A stretch of DNA of 51,990 nucleotides from contig JAVWIB010000003.1 of NCBI GenBank assembly GCA_036639755.1, positions 1-51,990 on the forward strand, read 5' to 3'. Below are positions 44,771 to 51,990 of the stretch, in pieces. Both the position numbers and the translations under genes were made by a program. The notes under the pieces were generated by a model, which had not been told where the DNA came from, searched no databases, and saw only the letters and a list, made by a program, of their open reading frames with translations. Numbering within the stretch: the stretch's first letter is position 1; every line of letters starts with the position of its first letter. The DNA is from Bacteroidales bacterium (GTDB lineage Bacteria; Bacteroidota; Bacteroidia; Bacteroidales; UBA932).

Positions 44771-45190
44771 ATGTTACAACCAAAAAAAACCAAATTTAGA
44801 AGGCAGCAGAAAGGCCGCATGAAGGGGATTGCTCAAAGAGGCAATCAGTTGGCATTTGGCTCATTCGGAATTAAGACGCTGGATTGCTGCTGGATGACCG
44901 GTCAGCAAATTGAGGCTGCACGTCAGGCCGTAGTTCGTTATATGAAACGTGAAGGTAAGATTTGGATCAGAGTATTCCCTGATAAACCATTTACTAAAAA
45001 ACCAGCCGAGGTTCGTATGGGTAAAGGTAAAGGTGCTCCGGAGGGATTCGTTGCTCCTATTACTCCCGGCAGAATGTTAATAGAAATTGAGGGTGTTCCA
45101 TTGGACGTGGCTAAAGAGGCTCTTCGTCTGGGTGCTCAGAAATTACCTGTAATTACAAAATTTGTAGTTCGTAGAGACTATGTTGAATAA
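44771..45190 (+). CDS. rplP: 50S ribosomal protein L16
   Basis: [16 protein letters not shown]... [11 protein letters not shown]...RMGKGKG. Full length, 139 aa. Confidence 0.97.
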   Translation: MLQPKKTKFRRQQKGRMKGIAQRGNQLAFGSFGIKTLDCCWMTGQQIEAARQAVVRYMKREGKIWIRVFPDKPFTKKPAEVRMGKGKGAPEGFVAPITPGRMLIEIEGVPLDVAKEALRLGAQKLPVITKFVVRRDYVE

Positions 45191-45208
45191 TTTAACGGAG
45201 ACAAAGAA

Positions 45209-45409
45209 ATGAAAGTAAAAGAAATACGTGAATTGTCTGCAAAGGATTTGCAAGAGCGTGTAGAAGCTGAGAAAGCAGCTCTAAACCAAATGACGATGAA
45301 TCATGCAATATCTCCATTAGAGGATTCATCTAAGATAAAAAAAGCACGGAAAGATATTGCAAGAATGCTCACAGTGCTGTGTCAAATTGAAAACCAGGAC
45401 CAAAAATAG
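45209..45409 (+). CDS. rpmC: 50S ribosomal protein L29
   Basis: 66 aa starting MKVKEIRELSAKDLQERVEAEK, in the canonical position after rplP. Confidence 0.93.
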   Translation: MKVKEIRELSAKDLQERVEAEKAALNQMTMNHAISPLEDSSKIKKARKDIARMLTVLCQIENQDQK

Positions 45410-45415
45410 TAGTTC

Positions 45416-45670
45416 ATGGAAAGAAAACTTCGTAAAGAAAGAATAGGTGTAGTGGTAAGCAATAAGATGGAAAAATCCATTGTTGTTGCAGTAAAAGCAA
45501 AAGAGAAACACCCTATTTACGGAAAGTTCGTAAATAAAACCACTAAATTTGTAGCTCATGATGAGAAAAATGAGTGCAGCGAGGGGGATACTGTAAGAAT
45601 TATGGAGACCCGTCCGTTGAGCAAATCAAAATGCTGGAGATTAGTAGAAATTGTAGAAAAAGTTAAATAG
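45416..45670 (+). CDS. rpsQ: 30S ribosomal protein S17
   Basis: 84 aa with [19 protein letters not shown]...HPIYGK...HDE...GD.V.I.E.RPLSK.K.W. Confidence 0.95.
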   Translation: MERKLRKERIGVVVSNKMEKSIVVAVKAKEKHPIYGKFVNKTTKFVAHDEKNECSEGDTVRIMETRPLSKSKCWRLVEIVEKVK

Positions 45671-45672
45671 CC

Positions 45673-46038
45673 ATGATACAACAAGAATCAAGATTAATGG
45701 TAGCAGATAACAGCGGAGCAAAAGAAGTTCTTTGTATTCGTGTGTTGGGCGGTACGCGCCGTCGCTATGCCGGAGTCGGAGATAAGATTGTAGTTGCTGT
45801 AAAAAGCTCTATTCCCGGTGCCGAAGCTAAAAAAGGTTCAGTTTCCAAAGCTGTAATAGTTCGTACTAAAAAAGAGATTCGTCGTGCAGACGGTTCTTAT
45901 ATAAGATTTGACGAGAACGCCTGCGTACTATTGAATAGTCAGGGAGAGGTTCGCGGTACACGTATTTTTGGCCCTGTTGCCAGAGAGTTGCGTGATAACT
46001 ATATGAAAATAGTTTCCTTAGCACCCGAGGTATTATAA
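45673..46038 (+). CDS. rplN: 50S ribosomal protein L14
   Basis: 121 aa starting [27 protein letters not shown]. Confidence 0.97.
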   Translation: MIQQESRLMVADNSGAKEVLCIRVLGGTRRRYAGVGDKIVVAVKSSIPGAEAKKGSVSKAVIVRTKKEIRRADGSYIRFDENACVLLNSQGEVRGTRIFGPVARELRDNYMKIVSLAPEVL

Positions 46039-46055
46039 AAATAAGGAATAGTATT

Positions 46056-46379
46056 ATGAATAAGAAGTTACATATAAAGAAAGGTGATACAGTTTTTGTA
46101 AACGCAGGGGACGAGAAGGGAAAAACCGGAAAAGTTCTTGAGGTTAACAGAGATAAAGACCGTGCTGTTGTTGAGGGAATCAACATGGTAAGCAAACATA
46201 CTAAACCAAATGCTAAAAGTCCGCAAGGCGGAATTGTTAAGCAGGAAGCTGGTATACATATTTCAAACTTGCAGGTAGTAGATCCTGCTAAAGGAGGCCC
46301 TACAAAAATTGGACGTAAGCTGAATGATAAAGGTAAACTGGTTCGTTTTGCAAAAAAATCTGGGGAGGAAATCAAATAA
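46056..46379 (+). CDS. rplX: 50S ribosomal protein L24
   Basis: 107 aa with a KOW motif ([24 protein letters not shown]). Confidence 0.95.
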   Translation: MNKKLHIKKGDTVFVNAGDEKGKTGKVLEVNRDKDRAVVEGINMVSKHTKPNAKSPQGGIVKQEAGIHISNLQVVDPAKGGPTKIGRKLNDKGKLVRFAKKSGEEIK

Positions 46380-46996
46380 TGGCAAAAGAGACAAAAACAA
46401 TCAAAACATCTAAGGCTGCCCCTAAGGTTGAGGGTGCACAAGTGAAAGTAGCAGGTTTTGTCCCTACTCTTCAAAAGAAGTATAAAGAGGAAATCGTTGC
46501 TAAATTACAGAAGGACTTTGGTTATGCATCTGTAATGCAGGTTCCTAAATTGGAGAAAATCACAATCAATCAAGGTATGGGTCAGGCAACTGCCGATAAA
46601 AAACTTGTAGAGATTGCACAAACAGAACTTACTACCATTACCGGTCAGAAAGCAATGTTGACTTACTCTAAGAAGGATATCTCAAACTTTAAACTTCGTA
46701 AAGGGATGCCTATTGGCGTAAAAGTAACCCTACGCGGTGCAAAAATGTATGAGTTTCTGGAGAGACTTATTGCAGTATCACTTCCACGTATCAGAGATTT
46801 CAAAGGTATCAACCAGAAATTTGATGGCAGAGGTAATTATACTCTGGGTATTAAAGAGCAGATCATTTTCCCTGAGATTGATATCGACAAAATAACCAAA
46901 GTACTTGGAATGGAGATAACATTTGTTACTACTACCGAGAATGACGAGGCTGCACTGGCTTTGCTTCGTGAATTTGGATTGCCTTTTAAAAAATAA
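46379..46996 (+). CDS. rplE: 50S ribosomal protein L5
   Basis: [34 protein letters not shown] and RIRDFKG match L5. The ATG at 46379 overlaps the rplX stop (TAATG) and gives an N-terminal extension of about 21 aa. An in-frame GTG at 46442 would give the usual length of about 184 aa. Confidence 0.93.
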   Translation: MAKETKTIKTSKAAPKVEGAQVKVAGFVPTLQKKYKEEIVAKLQKDFGYASVMQVPKLEKITINQGMGQATADKKLVEIAQTELTTITGQKAMLTYSKKDISNFKLRKGMPIGVKVTLRGAKMYEFLERLIAVSLPRIRDFKGINQKFDGRGNYTLGIKEQIIFPEIDIDKITKVLGMEITFVTTTENDEAALALLREFGLPFKK

Positions 46997-47023
46997 TAAG
47001 AATAATCTAAAGAGAAATAGATA

Positions 47024-47293
47024 ATGGCAAAAGAATCAATGATGGCACGCGAAGTGAAACGCGCTAAATTATGTGCCAAATATGCTGAGAAACGCAAACA
47101 GTTAAAAGAGGCCGGCGATTATGCTGCTCTTGATTTACTACCTAAAAACTCCAGCCCTGTACGTAAGCACAATCGTTGTTCCCTTACAGGCAGACCAAAA
47201 GGTTACATGCGTATTTTCGGTATCAGCCGTATCCAGTTCCGTGAAATGGCCAGCAAGGGTTTGATCCCTGGCGTTCACAAGGCTAGCTGGTAG
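47024..47293 (+). CDS. rpsN: 30S ribosomal protein S14 (long, non-zinc form)
   Basis: 89 aa, ending [31 protein letters not shown]. No CxxC pairs. Confidence 0.95.
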   Translation: MAKESMMAREVKRAKLCAKYAEKRKQLKEAGDYAALDLLPKNSSPVRKHNRCSLTGRPKGYMRIFGISRIQFREMASKGLIPGVHKASW

Positions 47294-47380
47294 TGGGTGG
47301 TAGTAAAATATTATATTAAAATAAGTATTAACATTGGATATCGGGCTCCTATGGGGGTCGATTCTTAAAAACAAATTAAA

Positions 47381-47776
47381 ATGACTGATCCAATTGCAGA
47401 CTTTTTGACTAGAATCCGTAATGCTGCGTTAGCAGGCCACAAGATTGTGGAGATTCCATCGTCAAGATTGAAAGTAGAAATGACCCGCGTTTTACACGAG
47501 AAGGGTTATATTCTAAGTTACAAAGTAGTTGAAGGAATCCCTTTCAACACCATTAAGATAGCTCTTAAATATCATCCAGAGAGTAAGAAAGCTGCTATCA
47601 AAAAAATTGTGCGTATTAGTAAACCGGGTTTGAGACAGTATAGAGGCGTTGAGGAAATGCCGCGCGTACTTAACGGATTGGGTATTGCTATTTTATCTAC
47701 ATCTAAAGGCATCATTACCGATAAAGAGGCTAAGGCTCTTAATGTTGGCGGTGAGGTTCTTTGTTATGTATATTAA
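47381..47776 (+). CDS. rpsH: 30S ribosomal protein S8
   Basis: 131 aa starting MTDPIADFLTRIRNA. Confidence 0.97.
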   Translation: MTDPIADFLTRIRNAALAGHKIVEIPSSRLKVEMTRVLHEKGYILSYKVVEGIPFNTIKIALKYHPESKKAAIKKIVRISKPGLRQYRGVEEMPRVLNGLGIAILSTSKGIITDKEAKALNVGGEVLCYVY

Positions 47777-47799
47777 TCATTAATAACTATTTAATTAAG

Positions 47800-48360
47800 A
47801 TGTCAAGAATAGGAAAATTACCTGTAAGCCTTCCGCAAAAAGTAACGGTTACCGTTGGTGCCGATAATGTGGTAAAGGTTAAAGGCCCGCTCGGTGAGTT
47901 AACTCAAAAAGTTGATCCGGATATTACCGTAACCGTAGAGGGAGGCGTAGTGCACGTAGCAAGACCTACGGACCAGCCGCGCCATCGTTCATTGCATGGA
48001 TTGTATCGTGCCCTTATCCACAACATGGTTGTAGGCGTATCTGAAGGCTTCACTATTAAACAGGAGTTGGTAGGTGTCGGTTTCCGTGTTGAAGCTAAAG
48101 GCCAGATCCTTGAGTTCAGTTTGGGATACTCTCATGATATCCACTTGCAGTTACCTGCAGAGATAAAGGGAGAGGCTGAACCTGTAAAAAAAGGTGCTAA
48201 TCCGGTTTTGGTTTTAAAGAGCTATGACAAGCAGTTGCTTGGAGCAGTGGCAGCCAAAATACGTTCGTTGCGTAAACCTGAACCATATAAGGGTAAAGGT
48301 ATTAAGTTTGTTGGTGAACAACTTCGTCGTAAGGCTGGTAAATCGGCTGGCGCTAAATAA
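47800..48360 (+). CDS. rplF: 50S ribosomal protein L6
   Basis: ATG at 47800 gives [17 protein letters not shown]; the track ORF starts earlier at 47761, overlapping rpsH. Confidence 0.95.
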   Translation: MSRIGKLPVSLPQKVTVTVGADNVVKVKGPLGELTQKVDPDITVTVEGGVVHVARPTDQPRHRSLHGLYRALIHNMVVGVSEGFTIKQELVGVGFRVEAKGQILEFSLGYSHDIHLQLPAEIKGEAEPVKKGANPVLVLKSYDKQLLGAVAAKIRSLRKPEPYKGKGIKFVGEQLRRKAGKSAGAK

Positions 48361-48374
48361 TAAGGAGAAGGTTT

Positions 48375-48737
48375 ATGGCTATAAATAAAATAGAAAGAAG
48401 AAAAAGAATACATTATCGCATTCGTAAAGTGGTTAACGGCACAGTTCAGAGACCAAGAATGTGTGTATTCAGAAGTAATAATCAGATCTACGTTCAGTTG
48501 ATTGATGATGTTAATAACGTTACTTTAGCTGCAGCTTCATCTTTGGAGAAATCTATTGCAGAGCAGGTTAAGGGTAAAACAAACGTTGAGGCTGCTGCAA
48601 TAGTTGGTAAGACTGCTGCTGAGCGCGCTATTGCAAAAGGTATCACCGAGGTTTCATTTGACCGCGGAGGTTATCTTTATCATGGAAGAGTAAAAAGTTT
48701 AGCGGATGCTGCTCGTGAGGGTGGACTTAAATTCTAA
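48375..48737 (+). CDS. rplR: 50S ribosomal protein L18
   Basis: 120 aa with [20 protein letters not shown] and [26 protein letters not shown]. Confidence 0.96.
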   Translation: MAINKIERRKRIHYRIRKVVNGTVQRPRMCVFRSNNQIYVQLIDDVNNVTLAAASSLEKSIAEQVKGKTNVEAAAIVGKTAAERAIAKGITEVSFDRGGYLYHGRVKSLADAAREGGLKF

Positions 48738-48743
48738 GAGACT

Positions 48744-49262
48744 ATGGCAAATATGAATGTAAAAAAGGTAAAAACTACCGAACTAGAACTAAAAGATAGA
48801 CTGGTTGCAGTTAGAAGGGTTACTAAAGTAACAAAAGGTGGTCGTCACTTCAGTTTTGCAGCAATAGTTGTTGTAGGTGATGAGAACGGCGTTGTAGGCT
48901 TTGGCTTAGGTAAAGCGAATGAGGTTACTACCGCTATTTCAAAAGGTATTGAAGATGCGAAGAAAAACCTTGTAAAGGTTCCTCTTAATAAAAGAACTAT
49001 TCCACATGAGCAAACTGCCAAATTCGGTGGCGCAAACGTATTCATGAAACCGGCTGCTGCCGGTACCGGAGTAAAAGCCGGCGGTGCAATGCGTGCCGTA
49101 TTTGAGTCTGTTGGTATTCATGACGTATTGGCTAAATCCAAAGGTTCTTCCAATCCTCATAATCTTGTAAAAGCTACAGTTGCTGCTCTTGCAGAGATGC
49201 GTGATGCTTATACTGTTGCCGGTTTAAGAGGTATTCACATGAATAAAGTATTTAACGGTTAA
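48744..49262 (+). CDS. rpsE: 30S ribosomal protein S5
   Basis: 172 aa with [23 protein letters not shown] and [10 protein letters not shown]. Confidence 0.97.
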   Translation: MANMNVKKVKTTELELKDRLVAVRRVTKVTKGGRHFSFAAIVVVGDENGVVGFGLGKANEVTTAISKGIEDAKKNLVKVPLNKRTIPHEQTAKFGGANVFMKPAAAGTGVKAGGAMRAVFESVGIHDVLAKSKGSSNPHNLVKATVAALAEMRDAYTVAGLRGIHMNKVFNG

Positions 49263-49274
49263 GGAGGTATAGAA

Positions 49275-49457
49275 ATGGCAAAAGTTAAAATTACTCAAGT
49301 GAAAAGTAGAAACGGGGCGACTCAAAGTCAGATAGCATGTCTGTATTCTTTGGGAATCCGTCGAATCCATCATTTTGTAGAGCTTGAACTCAATCCCGTA
49401 AATAAAGGAATGCTTCAAAAAGTTCTACACCTTGTTAAAGTAGAAGAAATCAGCTAA
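49275..49457 (+). CDS. rpmD: 50S ribosomal protein L30
   Basis: 60 aa starting MAKVKITQVKSRNG, in the canonical position. Confidence 0.92.
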   Translation: MAKVKITQVKSRNGATQSQIACLYSLGIRRIHHFVELELNPVNKGMLQKVLHLVKVEEIS

Positions 49458-49471
49458 TAGGAGATTTAACG

Positions 49472-49918
49472 ATGAAATTAAATACACTACAACCCGCAGA
49501 GGGTGCTAACGGAAGAGAGAAAAGAATCGCTCGTGGTGAGGGATCCGGTCACGGTGGAACATCCACACGTGGACATAAAGGAGCCCAGTCACGTTCTGGA
49601 TACTCTCGCAAAATTGGTTTTGAAGGAGGTCAGATGCCTATTCAAAGGCGTTTGCCAAAATTTGGATTCAATAATCCTAATAGGGTAGAATACAAAGCAA
49701 TCAACCTTTCAAGATTGCAGTCATTAAGTGAGAAGATTGGGGTAACCGCTATCACTTTTGATACTTTGGTAGAGCATGGTCTTGTATCAAAGAAAGATTT
49801 GGTAAAAATATTGGGCAATGGCGAGCTTACAAGCAAACTCGATGTTACCGCTCATGCTTTTTCACAATCTGCTGTAACTAAGATTGAGGCTCTCAAAGGT
49901 TCTACAACTATAATCTAA
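49472..49918 (+). CDS. rplO: 50S ribosomal protein L15
   Basis: 148 aa with MKLNTLQPAEGA...RGEGSGHGGTSTRGHKGAQSRSG...FEGGQMPIQRRLPK. Confidence 0.97.
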   Translation: MKLNTLQPAEGANGREKRIARGEGSGHGGTSTRGHKGAQSRSGYSRKIGFEGGQMPIQRRLPKFGFNNPNRVEYKAINLSRLQSLSEKIGVTAITFDTLVEHGLVSKKDLVKILGNGELTSKLDVTAHAFSQSAVTKIEALKGSTTII

Positions 49919-49926
49919 CAAAACCA

Positions 49927-51246
49927 ATGAAAAAATTAATTGAAACTATAAAGAATATTTTCAAGATTGAAGAGCTACGTAATAGGATAGTGTATACTGT
50001 CCTGTTACTGTTGGTCTATCGTTTGGGCAGCTTTGTTGTTGTTCCGGGTATAGATCCTACGCAGCTTGCAAATCTGGAAGCTCAGACACAGGAAGGCCTT
50101 TTAGGCTTGTTGAACATGTTCTCCGGTGGAGCTTTTGGTAATGCTTCAATTTTTGCGCTTGGTGTAATGCCTTACATCTCCGCATCAATTGTTATTCAAC
50201 TTTTGGGAATTATGATTCCATACTTCCAGAAGCTGCAGCGCGAAGGTGAGAGCGGCCGCAGGAAGATGAATCAATGGACTCGTTATCTGACCATTGTGAT
50301 TCTTGCTCTGCAAGGGCCTGCTTATTTAACCAATTTGCATACACAATTGCCGGAAACAGCATTTTTAATTAAAGGATTTTCTTTTAACTTATTTGCTACA
50401 ATAGTTCTTATAGGTGGTACCATGTTTATTATGTGGTTAGGAGAGCGTATTACCGATCGCGGCTTAGGTAACGGTATATCTCTTATAATCATGGTTGGTA
50501 TCATTGCAAGATTACCTTATGCTCTGGCAGCTGAATTCGGAACAAGATTCAACCAGACAACAGGTAGTGCTTTAATGCTTATTGTTGAGTTGATTATTCT
50601 GTTCTTTGTATTTGTTGCTACCATAGCACTTGTACAGGGTACACGTAAGATTCCGGTACAATATGCAAAAAGAATTGTTGGAAACAAACAATATGGCGGA
50701 GTTCGTCAATACATTCCGTTAAAGATTAATGCGGCAGGAGTTATGCCGATTATCTTTGCACAGGCGTTGATGTTATTTCCGTTAATATTTGCCAACTTTG
50801 ATGCTACCCGTGGATTAGCCGCCACTTTAGGTAACTATACAGGGTTCTGGTATAATTGTATATTTGGTTTGTTGGTTGTTGCATTTACTTACTTCTACAC
50901 CGCAGTAACAGTAAATCCTACCATGATGGCAGAAGATATGAAGAAAAACGGTGGCTTTATACCGGGTATTAAACCGGGTAAAAAAACTGCCGAGTATCTA
51001 GATGCAGTAATGTCTCGTATTACACTACCGGGCTCTTTTTTCCTTGCCTTTGTAGCGATAATGCCGGTATTCGCAATTAAATTAGGGATTAATAACCAGT
51101 TCGCCCAGTTTTATGGCGGAACCAGTTTATTGATTCTTGTTGGAGTTGTTCTGGATACGTTACAGCAGATAGAGAGTCATTTGCTAATGCGCCACTACGA
51201 CGGTTTAATGAAGACAGGACGTCTCAAAGGCCGTTCGGGAATGTAA
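49927..51246 (+). CDS. secY: Preprotein translocase subunit SecY
   Basis: 439 aa, 10-TM pattern, with LGVMPYISASIVIQLL and GERITDRGLGNGISLII. Confidence 0.97.
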   Translation: MKKLIETIKNIFKIEELRNRIVYTVLLLLVYRLGSFVVVPGIDPTQLANLEAQTQEGLLGLLNMFSGGAFGNASIFALGVMPYISASIVIQLLGIMIPYFQKLQREGESGRRKMNQWTRYLTIVILALQGPAYLTNLHTQLPETAFLIKGFSFNLFATIVLIGGTMFIMWLGERITDRGLGNGISLIIMVGIIARLPYALAAEFGTRFNQTTGSALMLIVELIILFFVFVATIALVQGTRKIPVQYAKRIVGNKQYGGVRQYIPLKINAAGVMPIIFAQALMLFPLIFANFDATRGLAATLGNYTGFWYNCIFGLLVVAFTYFYTAVTVNPTMMAEDMKKNGGFIPGIKPGKKTAEYLDAVMSRITLPGSFFLAFVAIMPVFAIKLGINNQFAQFYGGTSLLILVGVVLDTLQQIESHLLMRHYDGLMKTGRLKGRSGM

Positions 51247-51267
51247 TAATTTGATAGTTCATTTGAC

Positions 51268-51990
51268 ATGATAAGACTTAAATCCGAGAATGATATCAAG
51301 ATCCTTAAAGAGAATGCCATTTTGGTCTCCAAAACGTTAGCTCTGGTAGGGAAGGCAGTAAAGCCGGGTGTTACAACAAAATACCTGAACGATATTGCTG
51401 AAACCTATATCAGGGAGAGTGGGGCGGTACCGGGCTTTCTTAATTACGGCGGTTTTCCATATACGTTATGTATATCTGTTAATGATGTGGTAGTACATGG
51501 TTTTCCAAGTGACTACGCTCTTAAAGAGGGAGATATCGTATCTGTAGACTGCGGTACAATTTATAAAGGATTTTATGGAGACTCGGCATATACTTTTCCT
51601 GTTGGCAAAATTGATGAAGAGACTGCCCAGCTTTTAAAAGTTACAAAAGAATCCCTATATTTGGGGGCTCAAAAAGCAATAGCCGGTAACAGAATAGGAG
51701 ATATTGGTAATGCAATTCAGCAATATGTTGAACAATACGGCTTCTCAGTGGTTCGAGAAATGGTGGGACATGGTGTAGGGAAAAACCTACATGAAAGTCC
51801 AGAGGTTCCAAACTATGGGAAAGCCGGGCACGGAAAAAAATTAGTGGAGGGGATGGTAATCTGTATTGAACCCATGATTAATGCGGGTAAAAAAGAGATT
51901 TTCCTTCACGAGAACGGATGGGCGGTAAGTACGGTCGACCATAAGAATTCTGCACATTTTGAATTCATGGTTGCTGTAAAACATGGTCAG
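51268..51990 (+). CDS. map: Type I methionine aminopeptidase (3' end beyond the window)
   Basis: Absent from the ORF track because no stop lies in the window. My translation from ATG 51268 is MIRLKSENDIKILKENAILV...VVHGFPS...DIVSVDCG...GDSAYTF...VGHGVGKNLHE...ICIEPMIN...SAHFEFMV, which shows the MetAP metal-ligand motifs. Confidence 0.92.
   Translation, partial: MIRLKSENDIKILKENAILVSKTLALVGKAVKPGVTTKYLNDIAETYIRESGAVPGFLNYGGFPYTLCISVNDVVVHGFPSDYALKEGDIVSVDCGTIYKGFYGDSAYTFPVGKIDEETAQLLKVTKESLYLGAQKAIAGNRIGDIGNAIQQYVEQYGFSVVREMVGHGVGKNLHESPEVPNYGKAGHGKKLVEGMVICIEPMINAGKKEIFLHENGWAVSTVDHKNSAHFEFMVAVKHGQ

Noticed and set aside
45866-46474. 202-aa minus-strand ORF spanning rplN, rplX and rplE.
   Set aside because: It is fully antisense to three highly conserved ribosomal-protein genes. 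The translation is low-complexity (Phe/Leu/Ser/Cys-rich), and there is no promoter box or plausible function.
1-51990. Looked for CRISPR arrays, tRNA/rRNA genes, transposases, integrases, phage genes and recognisable defence-system genes.
   Set aside because: I saw no regularly spaced repeats, no cloverleaf-like sequences in the five intergenic regions longer than 200 nt, and no ORFs with recombinase, nuclease or helicase defence signatures. The window looks like core chromosome apart from the small zeta islet.

Overview
This is a moderately AT-rich, densely coding chromosomal segment of a Bacteroidota (Bacteroidales-like) genome. That assignment rests on a SusC/SusD pair, many correctly oriented TAnnTTTG -7 promoter boxes, no obvious Shine-Dalgarno use, and a secY-map junction without adk. 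Most of the window is housekeeping. From left to right it contains the following.
- A TolC-like outer-membrane protein.
- An unrecognisable two-TM protein whose stop overlaps the start of an ECF sigma gene. The sigma gene heads a FecR / SusC(STN) / SusD locus that ends in an exported metallophosphoesterase.
- A C69 dipeptidase, a PHP-family histidinol-phosphatase-like gene and an NhaD antiporter.
- A small AT-rich islet holding a ferritin-like gene remnant, a zeta-toxin-family P-loop protein and an unlisted 51-codon ORF that overlaps the toxin stop (ATGA).
- mutS2, plsY, cdaA, comF, a yhbP-like gene, and metK preceded by a candidate SAM-II riboswitch.
- Two paralogous ~1100-aa TonB-dependent receptors without SusD partners, flanking an exported nucleoside-hydrolase-like protein.
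- A short glycogen-synthase-like gene paired with a DUF4270-like gene.
- An ftsX / DUF3098 / uppP / lpxH operon with a G10 homopolymer inside the DUF3098 CDS.
- An M19 dipeptidase with a GltS-like symporter, then a DUF4294-like gene.
- A HypD-like glycyl radical enzyme with its activase.
- A ribosomal-protein cluster, rplP through rplO, then secY and map (3' partial). It starts abruptly at rplP behind its own terminator and promoter, so the rpsJ...rpsC half of the S10 operon is absent.

I found no rRNA, tRNA, CRISPR array, transposase or integrase. The best candidates for something undescribed are:
- the unknown membrane protein coupled to the ECF sigma;
- the reversed-order zeta-like toxin and small-ORF pair;
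- the twin receptor plus nucleoside-hydrolase-like locus.

All family assignments come from motif recognition by eye. No searches were run.
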